From positions 1,272 through 65,271 of the forward strand of contig JAQVZQ010000001.1 in the NCBI GenBank assembly GCA_028708095.1: DNA of 64,000 bases, in the 5' to 3' direction. This document shows positions 41,664-52,278 of the stretch, in pieces. The notes under the pieces are model-generated. The model made no database searches and had not been told where the DNA came from. It saw only the letters and a list, made by a program, of their open reading frames with translations. Position numbers and translations under genes: made by a program. This DNA comes from Dysgonamonadaceae bacterium. Lineage in GTDB: Bacteria; Bacteroidota; Bacteroidia; Bacteroidales; Dysgonomonadaceae. Position 1 is the first letter of the stretch, and each line of letters opens with the position of its first letter.

Positions 41664-43322
41664 ATGAATAAAATGTTTTGTTTTCAGTGTCAAGAAACTT
41701 CTAAGAACGAAGGCTGCACAATCAAAGGTGTGTGTGGCAAAACTGCCGATGTAGCTAATATGCAAGACCTGTTGATGTATTTGTGTAAAGGAATCTCTCA
41801 CTACACAGTGCGTCTAAGAGCACATGGAGTAGAGGTACCCGAAATAAACAAGTTTATTACCGATAGCTTGTTTATGACCATCACTAACGCCAATTTCGAT
41901 ATAAAGAGATTTGTTGTGCGCACCCACATTGCTTATGAAATGCGCAATGCTGCAAAAGAAAGATTGCAAAATTTGGGTGAAAACATTGATGATATAACAT
42001 ACTCGGGAGCACACTGGGTGGGCGAGACCGAGGAGGAGATGATTGACAAATCACTTGAAGTAGGGGTGCTTGCAACAGAAAATGAAGACGTTCGCTCACT
42101 TCGCGAATTAACAATATATGGATTGAAGGGGATGGCAGCTTATGCTGAGCATGCTTTCAACTTAAAATACGAAGACAACAAGATATATGCATTTATGCAA
42201 CAAGCATTGGTAGATACAACCAACGATAATCTATCAGCAGACGAGTTAACACAATTGGTTTTAAAAACTGGTGAATATGGCGTTGAAGTAATGGCATTAC
42301 TTGACGCCGCTAACACTGGTAGCTATGGTCATCCCGAAATGACTAAAGTAAATATTGGTGTGGGTAAAAACCCTGGTATTCTTATCAGTGGTCACGACCT
42401 GAAAGATATGGAAGAGCTATTGAAACAGACAGAAGGAATGGGCGTTGATATTTACACCCACAGTGAAATGCTGCCTGCTCATTACTATCCTGCATTCAAG
42501 AAATATAAACACTTCGTGGGTAATTACGGTGGATCGTGGTGGCAACAAACCACAGATTTCGAAACATTTAATGGAGTTGTTTTGTTTACTACAAACTGTA
42601 TAGTGCCACCTAAAAGAAATGCTACTTATGCTAACAGGGTGTACACAACAGGAGCTTCAGGATTCGAAGGGTTTCCCCATATTGCTGACAGAGAAGAGGG
42701 AGTGCCCAAAGATTTCTCAGCCCTCATTGAACACGCTAAACAGTGTGAAGCACCTATTGAAATAGAGTCGGGTGAGATAGTGGGTGGTTTTGCTCACAAT
42801 CAGGTAGCAGCCCTTTCTGATCAAGTAGTTGAGGCGGTGAAAACAGGTGCTATTCGTAAGTTCTTTGTTATGGGTGGTTGCGATGGACGCATGAGAGGCA
42901 GAAACTATTATACAGAATTTGCTGAGAAACTACCCAACGATACAGTGATATTAACTGCTGGTTGTGCAAAATATCGTTACAACAAATTGCAACTAGGTGA
43001 TATCAATGGAATTCCGCGCATACTGGATGCAGGACAATGCAACGATAGTTATTCACTTGTTAAGATTGCATTGAGCCTAAAGGAAGCTTTTGGACTGGAC
43101 GATTTGAATGACCTACCCATTGCATACAACATTGCATGGTATGAACAAAAGGCGGTGATAGTTTTGCTTGCATTACTTTCATTGGGTGTAAAAAATATTC
43201 ACTTGGGCCCTACCCTTCCAGCATTCCTCTCACCAAACATTGTGAATGTACTTGTCAATAATTTTGGACTTTCAGGTATTACTTCAGTGGATGAGGATAT
43301 GAAAGTTCTTTTGGAAGCATAA
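41664..43322 (+). CDS. hcp: Hydroxylamine reductase / hybrid-cluster protein
   Basis: N-terminal Cys cluster [16 protein letters not shown]; 552 aa with typical Hcp layout. Confidence 0.95.
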   Translation: MNKMFCFQCQETSKNEGCTIKGVCGKTADVANMQDLLMYLCKGISHYTVRLRAHGVEVPEINKFITDSLFMTITNANFDIKRFVVRTHIAYEMRNAAKERLQNLGENIDDITYSGAHWVGETEEEMIDKSLEVGVLATENEDVRSLRELTIYGLKGMAAYAEHAFNLKYEDNKIYAFMQQALVDTTNDNLSADELTQLVLKTGEYGVEVMALLDAANTGSYGHPEMTKVNIGVGKNPGILISGHDLKDMEELLKQTEGMGVDIYTHSEMLPAHYYPAFKKYKHFVGNYGGSWWQQTTDFETFNGVVLFTTNCIVPPKRNATYANRVYTTGASGFEGFPHIADREEGVPKDFSALIEHAKQCEAPIEIESGEIVGGFAHNQVAALSDQVVEAVKTGAIRKFFVMGGCDGRMRGRNYYTEFAEKLPNDTVILTAGCAKYRYNKLQLGDINGIPRILDAGQCNDSYSLVKIALSLKEAFGLDDLNDLPIAYNIAWYEQKAVIVLLALLSLGVKNIHLGPTLPAFLSPNIVNVLVNNFGLSGITSVDEDMKVLLEA

Positions 43323-43468
43323 ACTTTACAATTGGCTGGCGCGAGTTTATAACTCGTGCCTCTCATAGAGAAAGTCTCTTTAAATATAATATTGAAGCGT
43401 GTAATGAAAGTGTAAATAAGCTTCTGTTGCACTTTTCTTTTTTACTAACTGAATTAAAATATATAATT

Positions 43469-43792
43469 ATGGCAACATTTGAAACATCAAAAATATTCTC
43501 GATGGACGGCTCCATCGAATACACATCTGGAGGAATAATTAGCAAACAAATTGTTAAAAGCAAAGAAGGGAATGTTACCCTTTTCTCTTTTGATAAAGGA
43601 CAAGGTCTTACAGAGCATAGCGCATCATTTGATGCATTGGTGCAAGTGATAGATGGCGAAGTTGAAATCAAGATTGATAACAACCCATTTCTTCTAAAAA
43701 AAGGCGATAGCATTCTAATGCCTGCCAATGTTCCTCATGCACTACATGCAGTGGAGTCTTTCAAAATGATTCTAACAATGATAAAAGGATAA
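43469..43792 (+). CDS. Cupin-domain protein
   Basis: Small beta-barrel with ..LTEHSA.. and ..MPANVPHAL.. motifs. The ATG at 43469 is preferred. Confidence 0.7.
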   Translation: MATFETSKIFSMDGSIEYTSGGIISKQIVKSKEGNVTLFSFDKGQGLTEHSASFDALVQVIDGEVEIKIDNNPFLLKKGDSILMPANVPHALHAVESFKMILTMIKG

Positions 43793-43803
43793 ACTGAAAA
43801 CAT

Positions 43804-45042
43804 ATGAGTGAATTAATAAACAACCCTTCGCAACAGCGTAAAGATAAACTGCGCAGCTTATTGTTAAGGGTACATGCTGGTGAGGATATTGCCTCGATTC
43901 GCGAGGAGCTGATTCAGGGGCTTACTAATGTTCCTTACAATGAAGTAATGGAGGTTGAGCAGGAGATGATAAACAGCAACCTGTTGACAGAACAAGAGAT
44001 TCTTGAATTCTGCGATATACATACTGACATCTTAGATGGCAAAATAGACCAAAGTGGAGCTAAAGCTATTCCTGCGGGTCATCCAGTTGATACTTTCCAG
44101 AAAGAAAATGTGGCACTTAAGGAAGAGATTGAGAAAGCCCGCAAACTAATTGCATCTGTCAACACACTAACTGTTGACAAACTACCTGGATATGTGATGC
44201 AAATGCGTACCATTTTTAATGCCCTATCTGACATCGATAAGCACTACAAAAGAAAAGAGTACTTGCTTTTTCCTTATATGGAGAAGCACCTTATCACTGG
44301 TCCTCCCACAGTTATGTGGGGCAAGCATGATGAGCTGAGGGGTTTTCTAAATGATGCTATCAAGGAACTCGAAAGTACAATCACATCAGTTCAACAAATA
44401 GAATTGATAATAGAAAATTACCTCAACAAAGTACTTGAATTGATTGATGGCATGATCATGAAAGAAGAAGAGATTCTTTTTCCCATGGCAATGAATACGC
44501 TCACCGAAGAAGAGTGGTACAAGATATACACAGAAACCATTGAGTTTGGCTTTTGCCTGATTGACCCCGAAGATGAATGGAAACCTGAGGGTGTGATAGT
44601 TGAGAAGCAAGGATATATTGAATCAGACGCCATTCGATTATCGTCGGGCACATTCGATATTAAGCAGTTAGAAGCATTGTTTTTACACATTCCCATCGAT
44701 ATCACTTTTGTAGATGCTAACGACAAAGTAGCTTTCTTTTCGCACAGTCCCAATCGTGTTTTCGAACGTAACCGCTCTATCATTGGTCGAGATGTACGAA
44801 TGTGTCACCCACAAGGAAGTGTACATATTGTAGAGCAAATTATCAGTGACTTCAAGAGTGGTAAGGAAAACAAAGCAGTGTTCTGGATGTCCAATTTTAT
44901 GGGGAGATTCATTTACATTGAGTATTCGGCTGTGAGGGACAAAGAGAACAACTATTTGGGAGTTGTTGAAGTTACACAGGATATTACGGCAATGCGCAAG
45001 CTGGAAGGTGATCAACGGTTGTTGTCATATAGCGACAAATGA
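43804..45042 (+). CDS. DUF438 protein (hemerythrin-like plus PAS)
   Basis: 412 aa with a hemerythrin-type helical N-terminal half and a PAS-like C-terminal part. It follows hcp and the cupin gene. Confidence 0.7.
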   Translation: MSELINNPSQQRKDKLRSLLLRVHAGEDIASIREELIQGLTNVPYNEVMEVEQEMINSNLLTEQEILEFCDIHTDILDGKIDQSGAKAIPAGHPVDTFQKENVALKEEIEKARKLIASVNTLTVDKLPGYVMQMRTIFNALSDIDKHYKRKEYLLFPYMEKHLITGPPTVMWGKHDELRGFLNDAIKELESTITSVQQIELIIENYLNKVLELIDGMIMKEEEILFPMAMNTLTEEEWYKIYTETIEFGFCLIDPEDEWKPEGVIVEKQGYIESDAIRLSSGTFDIKQLEALFLHIPIDITFVDANDKVAFFSHSPNRVFERNRSIIGRDVRMCHPQGSVHIVEQIISDFKSGKENKAVFWMSNFMGRFIYIEYSAVRDKENNYLGVVEVTQDITAMRKLEGDQRLLSYSDK

Positions 45043-45135
45043 TTGCATTTCTTTAGATACAAATCAATATAATTTATAGCGGTGTTTCTAACGAAATACC
45101 GCTATATTTGTGATTATAATTTTAAGTTTACTATT

Positions 45136-45372
45136 ATGGATTCAGTAGAGATAGTTGGCTATTTTGCCATGACTTTTTTAGTTTTATCATTTATTCCTAA
45201 GCAAGTAAAACGCATTCGAATCATTAATTTCATTGGCTGCGTGTTGTTTGTAGCTTATGGTGTGTTGTTGGGATGGAAATGGCCGCTTATTGTTTCGAAT
45301 GGGCTTGTTGCTATTATACAGGTTTATCATTTGATAAAGATGAGATGGGAAAAAGCGAAGCCTATTCAATAA
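45136..45372 (+). CDS. Small 3-TM membrane protein (YgjV/SemiSWEET-like)
   Basis: 78 aa with three hydrophobic helices. The family assignment is uncertain. Confidence 0.45.
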   Translation: MDSVEIVGYFAMTFLVLSFIPKQVKRIRIINFIGCVLFVAYGVLLGWKWPLIVSNGLVAIIQVYHLIKMRWEKAKPIQ

Positions 45373-45741
45373 AAAGGCCAGCTCGCGCGCATTTGCAATG
45401 TGTGTGTCGCTTTAAGCGAACAACTATTTTGTATACCAAGGACATTTCGTTGGCAGCTCTCCTGAGTTGTGCCTATTAATTAATAAACAAGCTACTGGTC
45501 AGAGAGCTATTCCAGGGTGGAATAATATATAGAAATCGAAATCCCGCAAGGGATGTCATTATTGTAGCTAAGAATAATCAACAATGCTGAAAAACCCCGA
45601 TAGGGGGTGGCATTGCTCTGATTATTACCATATTGTAAGATTAGATGATACCACACCTTACGGAGTTTCACCATAATTCTATACTTTTTGCTTTAAAAAT
45701 TTCAGTCCTTATGGGCTTTAATGCAGAGCTAAATTAAGCCC

Positions 45742-46212
45742 CTAAAACCAAGATAAAATCTCCTGCAATCCAAATCCTACCACAACATAGCGAGCAAACT
45801 TACCTAATGTCATAAATAATAACACCAACCAAGCATTAGCACGCATAAAGCCAAGTGCGAGGGCTATGATGTCGCCTACTCCAGGCAGGAAAACAAAGAA
45901 GCTCATGATAGCTCCCCTCCCATGAAGCCAATCTTGCACCTTTTCGATTCGTTCTCGTTTCACTTTCATGAACCGTTCTATCCATTCTATTTTACCGAAC
46001 GAGCCTAACCAATAGTTGGTCATTCCGCCAATAGAATTGCCAATAGTAGCAATCACAATAGAGGTCCATACATCAAATCCTGCTGCTATTAGCCCTCCAA
46101 ACACAACCTCTGACCCAAAGGGTAGAATGGTTGCAGCCAAAAAGGCTGCCATAAACAATCCAAAGTACCCCCACTCTACAAATCCATCAAGATTTATAAT
46201 TCCAATAATCAT
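45742..46212 (-). CDS. YqaA/DedA-type (VTT domain) membrane protein
   Basis: 156 aa, 4 TM, motif ..LPFGSEVV... Confidence 0.7.
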   Translation of the reverse strand: MIIGIINLDGFVEWGYFGLFMAAFLAATILPFGSEVVFGGLIAAGFDVWTSIVIATIGNSIGGMTNYWLGSFGKIEWIERFMKVKRERIEKVQDWLHGRGAIMSFFVFLPGVGDIIALALGFMRANAWLVLLFMTLGKFARYVVVGFGLQEILSWF

Positions 46213-46347
46213 AGTTGTGCTTTAATTGTTAATTTGCTGTTGTGTTGCTTGTTGATGAGACGCAAGGCATTGCGCTATGAATATTGATTGTATGTTCATT
46301 GTGTTGTTGCTCTTGTATTGTTGTTTTTATATTGGTAGTTGTTGAGA

Positions 46348-46365
46348 GACGCAAGGCATTGCGTC
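46348..46365 (-). terminator. REP-like hairpin GACGCAA-GGCA-TTGCGTC immediately 3' of polA; a weaker copy lies at 46259-46275
   Basis: 7-bp stem. A block of about 30 bp is repeated twice within 46.24-46.37 kb. Confidence 0.5.
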
Positions 46366-46377
46366 CCTACTAGTCAT

Positions 46378-49161
46378 TTAATGAGCCTCCAGCCAATTCT
46401 CTCCATTTCCGCAATCGGTCTTCAATGGTACGTCCATTTTGTAGGCATTCTCCATCTCTTCCACCACAATTTTCTTTGCTACTTCCAATTCATCCAATGG
46501 AACATTGAAGTTCAATTCGTCATGCACCTGAAGTATCATTTTTGACTTTAGTCCTTCCTCTTCAAATCGTTTGAAGATGCGAATCATTGCCATTTTAATA
46601 ATATCAGCTGCGCTACCTTGTATGGGTGCATTAATGGCATTGCGCTCAGCATAACCTCTCACAATACCATTTCGTGAGTTGATATCGGGTAGAAATCGTT
46701 TACGACCACACACTGTCTCCACATATCCTTTCTCTTGTGCCACTTCGATGCTTTTGTCCATGTATCGCTTCACTTCTGGATATGTTTCAAAGTAACCTTC
46801 AATCAAATCCTTGGCTTCGCCACGAGGTATGGCAAGTCGTTCAGACAAACCAAATACAGAAATACCATAAATAATGCCAAAGTTAGCAGTTTTGGCTTTC
46901 TCGCGCATATCGCCTGTCGCCTCTTCTAAGGGCACTTTGTATATTTTGGCAGCAGTGGCGCTATGTATGTCCAAATCGTCGTTAAACGCCTCCGTCATGT
47001 GCTTATCTTTGCTCAAATGAGCCATAATGCGCAATTCAATCTGTGAATAGTCAGCCGAAAGGAATGTGCAACCTTCATCGGGAATAAAAACTTTTCGCAT
47101 TGCCCTACCCCGTTCGTCTCTTATGGGTATGTTTTGCAAGTTAGGGTTGGTACTGCTCAATCGTCCTGTTGAAGTAACCGTTTGATTGAACGAAGTGTGT
47201 ATTTTGTTTGATCGAGGATTAATTAGCAATGGAAATGCATCTATGTAAGTGCTTAGAAGTTTCTTTAGTCCACGATACTCTAATATTTTCTCAATGATGG
47301 GATGTTTGTTGCGCAATTTCTCCAACTCGCCCTCACTGGTGCTATATTGACCCGTCTTTGTCTTTTTCGCTTTGTCAACTATCTTCATGTGATCAAAGAG
47401 CACCTCACCTGTTTGCTTTGGAGAGTTCACATTGTATTCAATGCCCGCCATCTCAATAATCTCTGCCTCCAGTCCTATCAGCTCCTCTGTCAGCTCAACA
47501 GACAATTGTTTCAATGCATCCAAATCCAAACGGGCTCCAGTCCACTCCATATCAGCGAGTGTGTAAATAAGCGGACATTCTATTTCATAAAATAATTTGT
47601 CCAACTCATTCTCTTTTATCTCTTTTTCAAGTTTATGTTTTAGCCTCAACGTTATATCAGCATCTTCACAGGCATATTTACTCGCAATGTTTACATCTAC
47701 ATCGCGCATATTACCTTGTTTTTTCCCTTTTGGACCAATGAGTTCTTCGATGGGGACAGTTTTATATTTTAGATATGTATCAGCCAGGTAATCCATTCCG
47801 TGGCGGGTCTCAGGATTTATTAGATAGTGAGCAATCATGGTATCGAATAGGGGACCTTTCAGCATAATTTCATAATTACGAATCATCAGGATATCGTATT
47901 TAATGTTTTGTCCTATTTTCTGAATGGATTCGTTTTCAAGAAAAGGCCTTAATAGATTTAACTGCTCGGTAGCTTCTTGTTTGTTTGCCGAGAGATTTAC
48001 ATAATAAGCTTCACCTTCTTTGTATGAAAATGAGATGCCCACAATGTCGCTAAGCAAAGGATCAAGACCTGTGGTCTCGGTGTCTATGGCTACCGATTTT
48101 TGTGCACATAGTTTTTCGTTAAGCTCCTTGATGCCTTCAGTTGTGTCAATTAGTGAGTAATTGTTTTCTGTTGAATTTATATCAGAATAATTTTCTGGCA
48201 AATCATCAATTAACGGTTCATTGTCATTACTTTCAACGTCATCAAAAAGATTACCTTGACGATTAATTTTTATTTGAGGTTTGGTTGGCTCTATATTTAA
48301 AACCCTATTCAAGAGTGTTCTAAATTCCAGCTCTTCAAAAATAGTTCTAATCGCCTCTTCGTTGATAGGTTTGCGGTTAAAATTATCGATATCCACATCA
48401 ATAGGAACATCTGTTTTGATGGTCGCAAGATACTTTGAGAGTATGATTTGTTCTTTGTTTTCTTCCACATTCTTTTTGAGTGCTCCTTTTAGTTGGTCAG
48501 TGTTTTCTAACAGGTTTTCGATACTTCCAAATTCAGTAAGCAGTGTCTCTGCTCTTTTCGGACCCACACCGGGACAACCAGGTATGTTGTCAGATGCATC
48601 GCCCATCAATCCCAGCAGGTCAATCATTTGAGTAGGGGAGGAGAGCTTGTATTTTTTCATCACGCTCTCATCGTTCATAATTTCTACATCACTGTTTCCT
48701 AACCTTGGTTTATAAATGAAGATATGCTCTTCCACTAATTGTGCATAATCCTTGTCTGATGTCATCATATACACATCAAACTCATTCTTATCGACCCGCT
48801 TGGCAATTGTGCCTACAACATCATCGGCTTCATAGCCCATCACTTCCAAAACATCGATATTGTACGCTTCAATTATCTGTTTGATAATGGGCACAGAGAG
48901 CTTAATATCTTCGGGTGTTTTTTCACGTTGCGCTTTATATTGTTCAAACTCTTCGTGCCTGAATGTAAGACCAGGAGGATCGAAAGCCACAGCAATGTGA
49001 GAAGGATTTTCTTTGCGCAGAACTTCCTCCAAGGTGTTTACAAATCCGAATATGGCAGATGTATTCAGACCCTTTGAGTTGATTCTGGGGTTTCGGATAA
49101 ATGCATAAAACGAACGATAGATGAGTGCATAAGCATCAAGAAGGAAAAGTTTTTTTTTCAT
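46378..49161 (-). CDS. polA: DNA polymerase I
   Basis: 5'-nuclease N-terminus, 3'-5' exonuclease (IDTETTGLD), polymerase motifs REKAKTANFGIIYG and QVHDEL. Confidence 0.97.
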   Translation of the reverse strand: MKKKLFLLDAYALIYRSFYAFIRNPRINSKGLNTSAIFGFVNTLEEVLRKENPSHIAVAFDPPGLTFRHEEFEQYKAQREKTPEDIKLSVPIIKQIIEAYNIDVLEVMGYEADDVVGTIAKRVDKNEFDVYMMTSDKDYAQLVEEHIFIYKPRLGNSDVEIMNDESVMKKYKLSSPTQMIDLLGLMGDASDNIPGCPGVGPKRAETLLTEFGSIENLLENTDQLKGALKKNVEENKEQIILSKYLATIKTDVPIDVDIDNFNRKPINEEAIRTIFEELEFRTLLNRVLNIEPTKPQIKINRQGNLFDDVESNDNEPLIDDLPENYSDINSTENNYSLIDTTEGIKELNEKLCAQKSVAIDTETTGLDPLLSDIVGISFSYKEGEAYYVNLSANKQEATEQLNLLRPFLENESIQKIGQNIKYDILMIRNYEIMLKGPLFDTMIAHYLINPETRHGMDYLADTYLKYKTVPIEELIGPKGKKQGNMRDVDVNIASKYACEDADITLRLKHKLEKEIKENELDKLFYEIECPLIYTLADMEWTGARLDLDALKQLSVELTEELIGLEAEIIEMAGIEYNVNSPKQTGEVLFDHMKIVDKAKKTKTGQYSTSEGELEKLRNKHPIIEKILEYRGLKKLLSTYIDAFPLLINPRSNKIHTSFNQTVTSTGRLSSTNPNLQNIPIRDERGRAMRKVFIPDEGCTFLSADYSQIELRIMAHLSKDKHMTEAFNDDLDIHSATAAKIYKVPLEEATGDMREKAKTANFGIIYGISVFGLSERLAIPRGEAKDLIEGYFETYPEVKRYMDKSIEVAQEKGYVETVCGRKRFLPDINSRNGIVRGYAERNAINAPIQGSAADIIKMAMIRIFKRFEEEGLKSKMILQVHDELNFNVPLDELEVAKKIVVEEMENAYKMDVPLKTDCGNGENWLEAH

Positions 49162-49313
49162 AATTTATTATGGAACAAAGATAAATTTGTTTTGTTTAGA
49201 TGAACTAACTGGTAAGAGTTGAGAACAAAAACACTTAATAGTATGTAAAGTTACAAATAAATGTTGCTATGAGGTGTTTTATTCATAAATTTGTGATTAA
49301 TTTACTACATCAC

Positions 49314-50288
49314 ATGGATTATAAGAATCTTGCAGTAACAATAATAAGAGAGGAGTTAGAGAAATTTGATTTGCTGTATAACTCAATCAGAAGTGAGAAC
49401 CCTCATCTTCAGGAGATGGTTGAGCATATGCACAAAGCCGATGGGAAAAAGATACGCCCCATTCTTTTGCTTCTTACTGCAAAAGCACTGGGCGAGGTAA
49501 ATGATAAAACCTATCATGGTGCTGTTACTATAGAGCTTTTGCATACCGCTGCACTTATTCACGATGATGTGGTGGACGATGCTGATATGAGACGCGGACA
49601 ACCTTCACTCAATAGCATTTACGATAACCGAAAGACAGTTCTTTGTGGCGATTTTTTTCTCTCTTCTGCACTTACACAAAGTGTGCTTACTGAGGATCTG
49701 GAAATTGTATCTACTATTGCTAAGTTAGGAAAGAAATTGGCTGAAGGTGAGCTACAACAACTGTTCGTAGCTGACAATGTGATAATCGACGAAGCTGAAT
49801 ATTTCAATATTATTCGTCAAAAAACAGCTTCTCTGTTGAGTGCTTGTATGAAAATAGGTGCTCTTACGGTTGAAGCAGATAAAGAAGTGGTGGATAAATT
49901 CACAGAATTAGGCGAACATATTGGTATAAGCGTTCAGTTGCGCGATGATATTTTCGATTATTATGATGCTAATATCGGCAAACCAACTGGTAACGACATT
50001 AGAGAAGGCAAAATAACCCTGCCTTTACTGTATGCTTTCCAACACACAAGCTCAACAGATAACCAAAAGGCAAAAACCATTGTACATAACAAAGATTTTA
50101 CCGACGAGAATATCTCATACCTCATCAACTTTGCTAAAGAAAATGGTGGAATCGATTATACCTATTCTTTTTTAGAGAAATCAACCGATAAAGCAAAACA
50201 AATTGTATCGGATATGAAATCTATTTCGAATAACATGAAGGAAGCTTTCTTTTCGGTAATACAATACCTGAAAGAGAGAAAATATTGA
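49314..50288 (+). CDS. Polyprenyl diphosphate synthase (IspB-like)
   Basis: DDVVDDADMRRG and DDIFDY aspartate-rich motifs. The ATG at 49314 is preferred. Confidence 0.88.
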   Translation: MDYKNLAVTIIREELEKFDLLYNSIRSENPHLQEMVEHMHKADGKKIRPILLLLTAKALGEVNDKTYHGAVTIELLHTAALIHDDVVDDADMRRGQPSLNSIYDNRKTVLCGDFFLSSALTQSVLTEDLEIVSTIAKLGKKLAEGELQQLFVADNVIIDEAEYFNIIRQKTASLLSACMKIGALTVEADKEVVDKFTELGEHIGISVQLRDDIFDYYDANIGKPTGNDIREGKITLPLLYAFQHTSSTDNQKAKTIVHNKDFTDENISYLINFAKENGGIDYTYSFLEKSTDKAKQIVSDMKSISNNMKEAFFSVIQYLKERKY

Positions 50289-50518
50289 TGTAGTAGAGTA
50301 GGGGGTTGACGCTCTCTTATTACCTTTGTTTATACTTCTACTGCTCACAATCAATAATTTTATTTATCAAAAACTATTGGAGTGCCAAATCACAACTTAT
50401 TGGGTAATCTACTATAAGTATTCAAATCTATTCATACTGAAATTGCACTTATCACATCCATTGTTACAACATTTTGTAAAGGATGCTACCTGTAAACGAT
50501 CGTAAAGTTAGTGATACT

Positions 50519-51076
50519 ACCAGCTAACACTTCTTTTTTCTTCAATTACCTCCTTGCTTCCGCATTTACTGAACGTTATTTCCACATTTACTCCTAAATA
50601 CCCACGAAACAATGGGAATATCTACTGTGAGCTACTAAAAACTTACGGTATTGTTACTCCATTATTGTTTTTATAGCAAAACGTAGTGATATAGTAGTTT
50701 TTTTAGAACAGACCAGCCAGCGGAGCCTCCGTTACAAGGTCTGTTGTTAACAGTGTGTTAAACGGAGCCTCCGTTTAACACACTGCGCACACATTTGTTA
50801 AAGCGAAGCCTCCGTTTAACAGCCAATAGTGAACAGACCAACCAACGGAGGCTCCGTTGTAAGGAAATCTGCAAAAAAGCCCTTATTTCATATGTTTTTG
50901 GTCTGTTTATAGTTATTTTAATGTTAAAATGAATGATAATGGCTCCCTCCATCTTAAATTTCGTAGTATTAGAACCCTAACAAGTGATTAGAACCAAGAA
51001 AAAACTCTCTAACCATACCATTTAGGTGCAAAAACTTGCATTTAGCAATGAAAAACCTATGGATAAGGAAGATTTG
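50519..51076 (+). repeat. Copy B of the conserved noncoding element of about 555 bp (hairpin array at 50706-50859)
   Basis: Collinear with 6181-6737 and has the same four CGGAGSCTCCG hairpins. Confidence 0.85.
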
Positions 51077-51161
51077 AAGAGTTAATGTGTTAGCTTTAAG
51101 GTTAGTTTGAGTATATTTGTGTTCGGAAATCAATGCAAACTCAAATTTTAAGTCTGAAAAC

Positions 51162-51953
51162 ATGCAACAAATACAAGAAATCAGTCTCAGCAAACTACTA
51201 AAACTAGAACTTCCTCAGTTTGTAAAGAAAGTAACCAATTGCATTGAGGAGCACAATCCGGAAGCACTAAAATTACAGGATGCATTAAATTTATTGATTG
51301 AGCAACGCTCCAAGATGAAGCTTTTGATTGCCCCTTATGGCAAGCATCCTTTGACTGATGATATACAACAACTTCATTTAGAGAGACTAAAGTATGTTGC
51401 AGCTATCAACATGCATATGAAGCTGTTGAACAAAGTAAATTATGAAGGTACAGAAAGTTTAATAATTACTGCGAAAGCATTGGTGTACGGACACTTTAAC
51501 GAACTAAGAAGAAACAATCAAGTTACTATTCATCAAACAATTATTGCTTTTTTCTTACGTTTAAAAGAAAACCCTGAAATTAAGGATGCTTTGGTTGATC
51601 TGGGCTTTGAGCATTATCTAAACAAATTAGAAGAAACAAACAATCAATGTTATGAGCTGGATATGGAGAGGAATAGGCTCAAATCTAAAAGGCTTAAAAT
51701 AGATAGTGGCGCTATACAAAAGGAGGCACAACAAGTATTGAGGGCAATATTCGAGCAGATAAACTTTTATCAGGTTACCTACAAAGAATTGGATTATGGG
51801 CCACTGATTGCTCAATTGAACGAATTGATAGTAAAGTTTTCGAGCTTAATACGGACACGAGCAACGGCTAATAAAACCCGTAAAATAAAATCTAAGGTTA
51901 AAAACGCTTTATCCCCACCACTACTACAAGTATGGATGAGGAACAAAACATGA
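51162..51953 (+). CDS. Hypothetical helical protein (DUF6261-like by recollection)
   Basis: About 263 aa, helical, no catalytic motifs. It starts about 85 bp after repeat copy B. Confidence 0.5.
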   Translation: MQQIQEISLSKLLKLELPQFVKKVTNCIEEHNPEALKLQDALNLLIEQRSKMKLLIAPYGKHPLTDDIQQLHLERLKYVAAINMHMKLLNKVNYEGTESLIITAKALVYGHFNELRRNNQVTIHQTIIAFFLRLKENPEIKDALVDLGFEHYLNKLEETNNQCYELDMERNRLKSKRLKIDSGAIQKEAQQVLRAIFEQINFYQVTYKELDYGPLIAQLNELIVKFSSLIRTRATANKTRKIKSKVKNALSPPLLQVWMRNKT

Positions 51954-52278
51954 AAAACTTGATAAATATATTGAAGAATACCGATAGAAACCTCTCTTAA
52001 TTATTCAAAGGAACGAAACGGTAAATTACTCCCAAACATAACAATAGTACCGGGTTAACATCTTCTATCAATATAATTTAAGCTGAATTTAACTGATTCT
52101 TTGTGGTGGTGTCTTTTGTTACGCTCCACTCTGGGCATATACGCTGTTTGGTGGAATAAGTAGCAAAGTCAATTGGAAGTATGATCAAACACTTAGTCAG
52201 TTTTTGAATATTCAACTTCTTGCTTTTTTAAATCATAATCAATTGCTTTATTAATCATACACTCAATATGCTTTGGTT

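Noticed and set aside
50612-50638. Conserved 8-codon mini-ORF in both repeat copies (MGLSSVSY / MGISTVSY; copy A at 6274-6300)
   Set aside because: It is too short to judge. There are three substitutions and only one is synonymous. It cannot be distinguished from nucleotide-level conservation of the element.
6181-51076. The two 555-bp direct repeats as boundaries (att-like) of a 44-kb mobile element
   Set aside because: The enclosed DNA carries core housekeeping genes (sbcCD, dnaX, polA, ychF, tcdA) and no mobility genes. The repeats are diverged rather than identical.
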